Source of the DNA: Arsenophonus sp.
Lineage (GTDB): Bacteria > Pseudomonadota > Gammaproteobacteria > Enterobacterales > Enterobacteriaceae
Direction: 5' to 3'
NCBI GenBank assembly: GCA_031446145.1
Contig: CP132903.1
Location: forward strand, 417,214-481,213
DNA: 64,000 nt
In this document: positions 57,131 to 64,000 of the stretch, piece by piece
Numbering within the stretch: the stretch's first letter is position 1
Layout: the number at the start of each line of letters is the position of its first letter
Made by a program: the position numbers and the translations under genes
The notes under the pieces: generated by a model
What the model was told of the DNA's origin: nothing
Database searches by the model: none
What the model saw: the letters and a program-made list of their open reading frames with translations, nothing else

Positions 57131-59044
57131 ATGGGTAAAATAATTGGGATTGACCTGGGTACAACTAACTCTTGTGTAGCTGTTATGGACGGTAATAGTG
57201 CACGTGTATTAGAAAACAGTGAAGGTGACCGTACTACACCTTCTATTATTGCATACACACAAAATGGTGAAATTCTTGTAGGTCAACCGGCAAAACGTCA
57301 AGCCGTAACTAATCCAGAAAATACACTTTTTGCAATTAAACGTTTGATTGGTCGTCGCTTTAAAGACGAAGAAGTACAACGTGATGTTTCTATCATGCCT
57401 TATAAAATAGTTGCAGCAAAAAATGGTGATGCTTGGTTAGATGTAAAAGGACAGAAAATGGCTCCTCCTCAAGTTTCTGCTGAGGTTTTAAAAAAAATGA
57501 AAAAAACAGCAGAAGATTATATCGGTGAATCAGTCACTGAGGCCGTCATTACTGTGCCTGCTTATTTCAATGATGCTCAACGTCAAGCTACTAAAGATGC
57601 TGGTCGAATTGCTGGTTTAGATGTAAAACGCATTATTAATGAACCAACAGCAGCAGCTTTGGCTTATGGCTTAGATCGTGAAGTCGGCAACCGTACTATT
57701 GCAGTTTATGATCTAGGTGGTGGAACTTTCGATATATCAATTATTGAAATTGATGATGTGGATGGTGAAAAAACCTATGAAGTTTTAGCTACTAATGGTG
57801 ACACTCATTTAGGTGGTGAAGATTTTGATAATCGTTTAATTAATTTTTTAGTAAATGAATTTAAGAAAGAGCAAGGTTTTGATCTACGTAATGATCCCTT
57901 GGCTATGCAGCGTTTGAAAGAAGCAGCAGAAAAAGCTAAAATTGAACTTTCTTCTGCTCAACAGACAGATGTTAATCTGCCTTATATTACTGCAGATGCA
58001 AGTGGTCCTAAGCATATGAATATTAAAGTCATGCGAGCAAAACTTGAATCATTGGTAGAAGATTTGGTTAAACGTTCAATGGAACCAGTAAAGGTTGCAT
58101 TACAAGATGCCAATTTAACTGTTAATGACATTAATGATGTAATTCTTGTTGGTGGGCAGACCCGTATGCCTATGGTACAGAAAGCAGTGGTTGATTTTTT
58201 TGGTAAAGAACTTCGTAAGGATGTCAATCCTGATGAAGCGGTTGCTATAGGCGCTGCAGTGCAAGGTGGTGTATTAGCTGGCGATGTTAAAGATGTCTTA
58301 TTACTTGATGTAACCCCCCTATCTTTAGGTATTGAAACTATGGGTGGTGTGATGACGACGTTAATTTCAAAAAATACAACGATTCCTACTAAACATAGTC
58401 AAGTTTTTTCAACAGCAGAAGATAATCAGTCAGCAGTGACGATTCATGTATTACAAGGTGAACGTAAACGTTCACATGATAACAAATCTTTGGGACAGTT
58501 TAACTTAGATGGTATTCAACCAGCACCGCGTGGTATGCCTCAAATTGAAGTGACTTTTGATATTGATGCTGATGGTATTTTACATGTTTCAGCAAAAGAT
58601 AAAAATACTGGTAGAGAACAAAATATTACGATTAAGGCATCGTCTGGTTTAAAAGAGGATGAAATTCAAAGAATGGTGCATGATGCAGAAGCAAATGCAG
58701 AAGCAGATCGTAAATTTGAAGAGTTAGTTCAATTACGTAACCAGTCTGATCAATTAGTTCATGGTACACGCAAACAAATTAAAGAAGCAGGTGATAAATT
58801 AACTTCTGATAATAAAAGTGAAATAGAAAAGGCTATTTCTGAACTTGAAATAGCTATGAAAAGTGACGAGAAAGCGGTAATAGAATCAAAAATTCAAGCT
58901 TTAGTTCAAGTTTCTTCTAAACTATTAGAGTTAGCTAAACATCAGACAAAAGCAGATACAGAAAATGTAAATACTCAGTCTAAAAAGGATGATAACGTTG
59001 TTGATGCTGAATTTGAAGAAGTGAATGAGAAAGACAAGAAATAG
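57131..59044 (+). CDS. dnaK: Chaperone DnaK (Hsp70)
   Basis: 637 aa starting [21 protein letters not shown]...; GGAGG Shine-Dalgarno at 57120-57124. Confidence 0.98.
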   Translation: MGKIIGIDLGTTNSCVAVMDGNSARVLENSEGDRTTPSIIAYTQNGEILVGQPAKRQAVTNPENTLFAIKRLIGRRFKDEEVQRDVSIMPYKIVAAKNGDAWLDVKGQKMAPPQVSAEVLKKMKKTAEDYIGESVTEAVITVPAYFNDAQRQATKDAGRIAGLDVKRIINEPTAAALAYGLDREVGNRTIAVYDLGGGTFDISIIEIDDVDGEKTYEVLATNGDTHLGGEDFDNRLINFLVNEFKKEQGFDLRNDPLAMQRLKEAAEKAKIELSSAQQTDVNLPYITADASGPKHMNIKVMRAKLESLVEDLVKRSMEPVKVALQDANLTVNDINDVILVGGQTRMPMVQKAVVDFFGKELRKDVNPDEAVAIGAAVQGGVLAGDVKDVLLLDVTPLSLGIETMGGVMTTLISKNTTIPTKHSQVFSTAEDNQSAVTIHVLQGERKRSHDNKSLGQFNLDGIQPAPRGMPQIEVTFDIDADGILHVSAKDKNTGREQNITIKASSGLKEDEIQRMVHDAEANAEADRKFEELVQLRNQSDQLVHGTRKQIKEAGDKLTSDNKSEIEKAISELEIAMKSDEKAVIESKIQALVQVSSKLLELAKHQTKADTENVNTQSKKDDNVVDAEFEEVNEKDKK

Positions 59045-59113
59045 TATCTTTTAGTGTATTAAGCAAACACAGTTAAAAGAAGTTTTATTTTTTTATTATT
59101 ATAAAAATTGAGT

Positions 59114-59142
59114 ACGGGCGTTGAAGGAGACTTTACGCCCGT
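59114..59142 (+). terminator. GC-rich dnaK-dnaJ intercistronic hairpin (ACGGGCGT / ACGCCCGT, 13-nt loop)
   Basis: Perfect 8-bp stem with 6 G/C pairs, followed by TTGTGT; lies between the dnaK stop (59044) and the dnaJ start (59173). Confidence 0.6.
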
Positions 59143-59172
59143 TTGTGTATATTATATAAGGATAAAATAAAT

Positions 59173-60306
59173 ATGGCAAAAAAAAATTATTATGATGTTT
59201 TAGGTGTTACTAAAACAGCTGATGAAAAAGAAATCAAAAAAGCCTATAAACGTTTAGCAATAAAATATCATCCAGATAGAAATCAAGGTAATAAACAAGC
59301 AGAAAGCAAATTTAAGGAAATTAAAGAAGCTTACGAAATTTTAACTGATTCACAAAAACGTGCTGCATATGATCAATATGGACATGCTGCTTTCGAACAA
59401 GGAAATATGGGCAGTAGTGGATTTAGTGGAAGTTTTACTTCTACTACTGATTTCAGTGATATTTTTGGTGATGTTTTTGGTGATATTTTTGGTGGAAAAA
59501 ATCAGAGAGCAGCTCGTGGTTCTGATCTTCAATATGATATTACATTAACTTTGGAAGAAGCAGTTCGTGGTGTCATTAAAGAGATTCGTATCCCAACTTT
59601 AGAAAAGTGTAGGCCATGTAATGGGAGTGGTGCAAAAGCTGGAACGAAACCTGAAATATGTTCAACATGTCATGGCACAGGTCAAATTCAAATTAGACAA
59701 GGATTTTTTGCTGTCCAACAAACCTGTCCTAGTTGTCATGGAAGAAGTCAAATTATTAAAGAATTTTGTGTTAAATGCAATGGACATGGTAGAAGAAAGG
59801 AATATAAAACTTTGTCAGTAAAAATTCCAGCTGGAATGAATACTGGTGATCGGATTCGTTTAAATGGTGAAGGAGAAGCTGGTGAAAATAGAGGTTCTTC
59901 CGGAGATTTATATGTACAAGTGAATATAGCAAAACATGCTATATTTAAACCTGATGGTAATAATTTATATTGTGAGGTTCCAATTAATTTTGTGATAGCA
60001 GCATTAGGTGGTGAAATAGATGTACCGACATTAGATGGTCGAGTTAGTTTGAAAATACCAGCTGAAACACAAACAGGAAAGATTTTTCGTATGAAAGGAA
60101 AAGGGATCAAACCTATTCGCGGTATTACTGGTGATTTAATGTGTCGTATTGTTGTTGAAACTCCTGTAAAACTCAATGAAAGACAAAAAGCGTTACTAGA
60201 AGAATTTGGTGAATTTTTAAATAAAGATAATGGTAGTAAAAATAGCCCTCGAAGTAAAAGTTTTTTAGATAGTGTAAAAAAGTTTTTTGATGATTTAACT
60301 AATTAA
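59173..60306 (+). CDS. dnaJ: Co-chaperone DnaJ (Hsp40)
   Basis: 377 aa from [12 protein letters not shown] (J domain with HPDRN), a G/F region [13 protein letters not shown], and four CxxCxGxG-type zinc motifs. The tracked ORF starts 30 nt upstream. Confidence 0.97.
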   Translation: MAKKNYYDVLGVTKTADEKEIKKAYKRLAIKYHPDRNQGNKQAESKFKEIKEAYEILTDSQKRAAYDQYGHAAFEQGNMGSSGFSGSFTSTTDFSDIFGDVFGDIFGGKNQRAARGSDLQYDITLTLEEAVRGVIKEIRIPTLEKCRPCNGSGAKAGTKPEICSTCHGTGQIQIRQGFFAVQQTCPSCHGRSQIIKEFCVKCNGHGRRKEYKTLSVKIPAGMNTGDRIRLNGEGEAGENRGSSGDLYVQVNIAKHAIFKPDGNNLYCEVPINFVIAALGGEIDVPTLDGRVSLKIPAETQTGKIFRMKGKGIKPIRGITGDLMCRIVVETPVKLNERQKALLEEFGEFLNKDNGSKNSPRSKSFLDSVKKFFDDLTN

Positions 60307-60361
60307 TATGTTAATTTTTTTGTATGTGTTGTTCCTATTAAGAATACAATAAATATTACAT

Positions 60362-60413
60362 TACAACTTCAGTTTTAGTGTTCATAGAAAAATAGTTTAA
60401 AACTGAAGTTGTA
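60362..60413 (+). terminator. 16-bp perfect inverted repeat downstream of dnaJ (TACAACTTCAGTTTTA ... TAAAACTGAAGTTGTA, 20-nt loop)
   Basis: Read directly; lies 56 nt after the dnaJ stop. There is no immediate T run, so it is a probable operon-end hairpin rather than a textbook terminator. Confidence 0.5.
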
Positions 60414-61425
60414 GCGTATAGATTTTTATGATTAAAAATTATATTAAAAACTCGGGGTTTTATTACTTTTATAGTACTGAAAATATTTAACTAGAAGATG
60501 CTTTTTTCTGCAAGGTATAATAGTAACAGTTATTATGAGATTATAATACAAAGATAATATATAATGTATTCATATATTGTGTTATTCTTTTATAATGAAT
60601 TCTTCTAATTTTATACCATTCATGTATTTAAAAGTAAAATTTCATAAAATATTAAAAAATATAAACTTGTTATTTCTTGATAAGGATTATTTTCATTATG
60701 CTTTGCATAATAAAAATAATTTTATTTTTTAAAAATTATAACACTATTTTTTTTAGTAATAAATATAAGTGTGTTTTAAATAATTCTTAATAAAGAATTA
60801 TCATAAGAATTTTTATTTTTATAGCAATATAATTTAATTATTTTTTAAAGTATTTTCATGTAAATAAATTTTATATTTTTAAAAATATTTCATGAATATG
60901 TAGTTTTGTGATATATAAAATTGATATTAAGACGTTAATTTTAATAAATTTTTAATAATTAAAATCATTAATTTTGAGGAAGTAATCAGTTATTTTATTT
61001 GGGGTTATAACAAATAAATAATTCATAAAGCAAATTATATTTTTTATATTTAATACTGATCTTTTTTTTAGTTTTGTATTTTAAATTTTTGGAAAATTAT
61101 TTTTTATATTTCTATAAAAAAATAAATTTTTAAATACTAGAAACACTAAAAGTAAATTAGTTTAATATTTTAAGATATTAAAGGAATTTTGATTAAAAAA
61201 CTTCATGAGTGTTTTTGATAATATGTAAATATATATTACATATTATATTTATTTGTAATAATATTTTAATAAATTTAATTTATGTTTGTTAAAATATCTA
61301 ATATTTTTAGTAACGTTTATTAAAAATAAAGCTAAATTATTTATAATTTTTTATAGACATGATTTTTAAAAATTCTATATATGAGTTTTAAATAATTTAT
61401 TTAATTAATATTTGAGGTTATCAAA

Positions 61426-62592
61426 ATGACAGCAATTATAAGACAATTTTTAAAATTAGAAGCAGCAGGAGGTGTTCTGCTGATTATTGCTGCTGTTTTA
61501 GCTTTGATGATGGCTAATACTCCTATAAGAGATATTTATTATCAATTTTTAAATACTTCTATATCAGTTAAAATCGGTATCTTAGATTTTGATAAATCTG
61601 TTTTATTATGGATTAATGATGGACTAATGTCTATTTTCTTTTTAGTAGTTGGTCTTGAAGTTAAAAGAGAATTTATAGAAGGTTCATTAGTTGGTCGTGA
61701 TAAAGCTTTATTTCCTGTTATTGCTGCGATAGGAGGTATGTTACTGCCTGCTATGGTATATTTATTTTTTAATGCTGATAATAAAATTATTCGACATGGT
61801 TGGGCTATTCCTACTGCTACAGATATTGCATTTGCACTTGGTGTGATTACATTATTAGGAAAACGTGTACCAACGGAATTAAAAGTATTTTTGCTCGCTT
61901 TAGCAATTATTGATGATATCGGGGTAATTTTTATAATTGCTTTGTTTTATACAAAATTTATTTTTTTGAAAGGATTAAGTTTAGGGATACTTACTATATT
62001 AATTCTGGTATACCTGAATTGGCGTAAAGTAGAAAATATTTTTGTTTATTTATTTTTTGGAACAATTTTATGGATTTTTATTTTACAATCAGGTATTCAT
62101 GCAACCTTGGCAGGTTTTATAGTTGGTTGTGTAATACCATTAAAAGGTTACAAAAATCATTCACCCTCTAGATATTTGCAAAAAGTTTTGCATCCATGGA
62201 TTGCTTATTTAATTTTGCCATTATTTGCATTTGCTAATGCTGGCATAGAAATTCATTTTAGTAATTTGAGAGATCTTGTTGGTGCTTTACCAATAGGTGT
62301 GGCATTAGGTTTATTAATTGGTAAACCAATGGGTATTTTTCTTTTTAGTTGGATAGCTATAAAATTAAAAGTAATAAAATTACAAAAAAAAATTAATATT
62401 CAGCACGTATTTGCTGTTTCAGTACTGTGTGGTATCGGGTTTACTATGTCTATTTTTATTGCTAGTTTAGCATTTGAAGATTTAGAAAGTTTTAAAAATC
62501 ATGCAAAATTAGGAATTTTAATGGGATCAACATTAGCAGCGATTTTTGGATTATTTTTATTAAATTTTGTTTTGCCAAAAAAAATAATTTAA
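61426..62592 (+). CDS. nhaA: Na+/H+ antiporter NhaA
   Basis: 388 aa, as in E. coli NhaA; WINDGLM, the ATDIAFALG motif and [10 protein letters not shown]. Confidence 0.95.
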   Translation: MTAIIRQFLKLEAAGGVLLIIAAVLALMMANTPIRDIYYQFLNTSISVKIGILDFDKSVLLWINDGLMSIFFLVVGLEVKREFIEGSLVGRDKALFPVIAAIGGMLLPAMVYLFFNADNKIIRHGWAIPTATDIAFALGVITLLGKRVPTELKVFLLALAIIDDIGVIFIIALFYTKFIFLKGLSLGILTILILVYLNWRKVENIFVYLFFGTILWIFILQSGIHATLAGFIVGCVIPLKGYKNHSPSRYLQKVLHPWIAYLILPLFAFANAGIEIHFSNLRDLVGALPIGVALGLLIGKPMGIFLFSWIAIKLKVIKLQKKINIQHVFAVSVLCGIGFTMSIFIASLAFEDLESFKNHAKLGILMGSTLAAIFGLFLLNFVLPKKII

Positions 62593-63116
62593 ATAACATT
62601 TGATTAATGTTTTAAAAATTATATTTTAATTCTATTTTTAGTTTTATAATTATAAAAAATATTTTTTACTATTTTTATAAACAACAAATGATTTTAATAT
62701 TTTTTATTTTTTATCTGTTTTTTGTTTTTTATTAGTTTTAAAGATATATTTATAGTAATATATATATTGAAAAATGATATTTTGCAATTATCAAATTTAA
62801 TTATGTTATTTTTATGATTTTAATTTTTTGATTGTTTCTATATAGAAAATTTAAAAAAAACCTTAAAGTAATTTTCACAAGTTTGATGTTTTGAAATTAT
62901 TGCGGATTGTTTTTATGTTTAAAAAATATAAATATTTTTTTAGTTTTTTAAAATAAAATGCATTTTTAATCATTGCTTATTATTTAAATAATAAATGACC
63001 AAAGGTTATGTGCTTCAGTTTTATTTGAAAATAGTCTATAAAATAATTATATTTTTTTTATCTTTTAAAATAAGCATTATGAAAATAAGATTTTAAAAAA
63101 AAATTTAAATAAAAAT

Positions 63117-63377
63117 TTACATCGATTTGATATTTGCAATTAAATTTGATTTATGACGTGCAGCTTTATTTTTATGAATCAAGCCTTTACTAGCATAACT
63201 ATCTACAATAGATTGCATTTTATTAAACGCTTTTTTTGCTTCTTCTTTATCACCTAAAGAGATAGCTAAATATACTTTTTTGATAAAGGTGCGCATAGCA
63301 GAGCGTCTACTTGAATTATGTTTTCGACGTTTTTCTGTTTGTATAGCACGTTTCTTAGCTGATTTAATATTAGCCAA
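63117..63377 (-). CDS. rpsT: 30S ribosomal protein S20
   Basis: 86 aa starting [10 protein letters not shown]...; start codon TTG, preceded by GGAGTG; divergent from ribF as in E. coli. Confidence 0.95.
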   Translation of the reverse strand: MANIKSAKKRAIQTEKRRKHNSSRRSAMRTFIKKVYLAISLGDKEEAKKAFNKMQSIVDSYASKGLIHKNKAARHKSNLIANIKSM

Positions 63378-63651
63378 AATTTACACTCCAAAATATTTAT
63401 TTTAAAAAATACACAATATATAGAAATATGACGGTTAAATTTTCATTTGTCAATCAATAAATTTATATACATTATATATAATAACAGCATTGATGTTATA
63501 TATTTTATTATTTTTTTATATAATTCTGTATGTAATATAAAAAAATTATTATAAAATTATATTTTTAAGAATTTTAGTTGATTTTAAAAATTTAATTTTG
63601 ATTTTTGAGGTAGAAGCAAAAAAAATTTAAATTTTTTATATTGAGCCAATT

Positions 63652-64000
63652 ATGAAGTTTATTCGTGGGATATATAATATTCAAAAAAACCATTACGGTT
63701 GTGTTTTAACTATTGGTAATTTTGATTCTGTTCATAGAGGGCATCAAATATTATTAAAATATTTAAAAAAAGAAGGTCATTTCCGTAAATTACCTACTAT
63801 GGTAATGATTTTTGAACCTCAGCCCTTAGAATTTTTTTGTGGAAGAAATTCACCAGTACGTTTGACACCTTTGCGTGATAAAATAAAATATTTATTTGAA
63901 TATGGAGTTGATTATTTGTTATGTATTAAATTTAATCATAAATTTTCTGCATTAACTCCTAAAACGTTTATTTTAGAATTTTTAGTAAAAAAATTAGGTG
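63652..64000 (+). CDS. ribF: Bifunctional riboflavin kinase / FAD synthetase (5' part, runs off the window)
   Basis: My own translation, MKFIRGIYNIQKNHYGCVLTIGNFDSVHRGHQILL...MVMIFEPQPLEFF, matches the E. coli RibF N-terminus. Confidence 0.9.
   Translation, partial: MKFIRGIYNIQKNHYGCVLTIGNFDSVHRGHQILLKYLKKEGHFRKLPTMVMIFEPQPLEFFCGRNSPVRLTPLRDKIKYLFEYGVDYLLCIKFNHKFSALTPKTFILEFLVKKLG

Noticed and set aside
59748-60176. 142-aa ORF antisense to dnaJ, plus three smaller alternate-frame or antisense ORFs in dnaJ (59350..59532, 59360..59548, 59621..59821)
   Set aside because: All lie within the strongly conserved dnaJ coding region. That region's relatively high GC and repetitive G/F-rich segment leave other frames open by chance.
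1-64000. Search for tRNA, rRNA, 4.5S RNA (ffs, expected between ppiD and hha in E. coli), IS elements, prophage, toxin-antitoxin or defence loci
   Set aside because: No GC-enriched 70-120-nt islands with cloverleaf or SRP-like motifs (for example GGAAGCAGCC) were seen in any spacer. There are no transposase, integrase or defence-type ORFs, and every ORF of 60 aa or more is either a housekeeping gene or a shadow ORF. The visual scan is not exhaustive, so tRNAscan-SE or Infernal should confirm it.

Overview
This 64-kb window comes from an extremely AT-rich, heavily reduced gammaproteobacterial genome. It looks Enterobacterales-derived and most resembles an obligate insect endosymbiont; I cannot name the organism from sequence alone.

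I can support 41 intact housekeeping CDS, partial rpoA and ribF at the two edges, and one frameshifted gene (trkA). The genes fall into blocks that are each colinear with E. coli K-12:
- rpoA-rplQ / trkA-rsmB-fmt-def / tsaC-aroE
- prfB-lysS
- tpiA
- yajC-secDF-(nrdR)-ribD-ribH-nusB-pgpA / dxs-ispA-yajR-cyoEDCBA / bolA-(tig)-clpP-clpX-lon-(hupB)-ppiD / hha / dnaX-htpG-adk-hemH / ybaL
- gpmB
- talB-dnaK-dnaJ-nhaA / rpsT / ribF

All homology calls were made by eye against E. coli protein sequences recalled from memory. No search was run.

I found no rRNA, tRNA, CRISPR array, IS element, prophage or defence genes, and no ORF of 60 aa or more in any spacer. There is no novel multi-gene system here; the interest lies in genome-decay biology:
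1. Only about two thirds of the window is coding, summed from my gene coordinates. The remainder is kb-scale, ultra-AT-rich spacers that sit exactly where E. coli synteny predicts lost genes.
2. Some spacers still hold recognisable relics. nrdR is clear; tig, hupB and tomB are tentative.
3. trkA is broken by one frameshift in an A10 run. A single extra A would restore it, so transcriptional slippage could rescue it.
4. The prfB programmed +1 frameshift site is conserved.
5. The two sigma-32 dnaK promoters survive as a GC-rich island.
6. Several genes are trimmed to core domains: tau-less dnaX, ybaL without its KTN domain, and a short yajR.
7. hha is intact while its partner tomB appears dead.
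8. Dxs carries a 26-residue Lys-rich tail that reads into the 3' end of pgpA.
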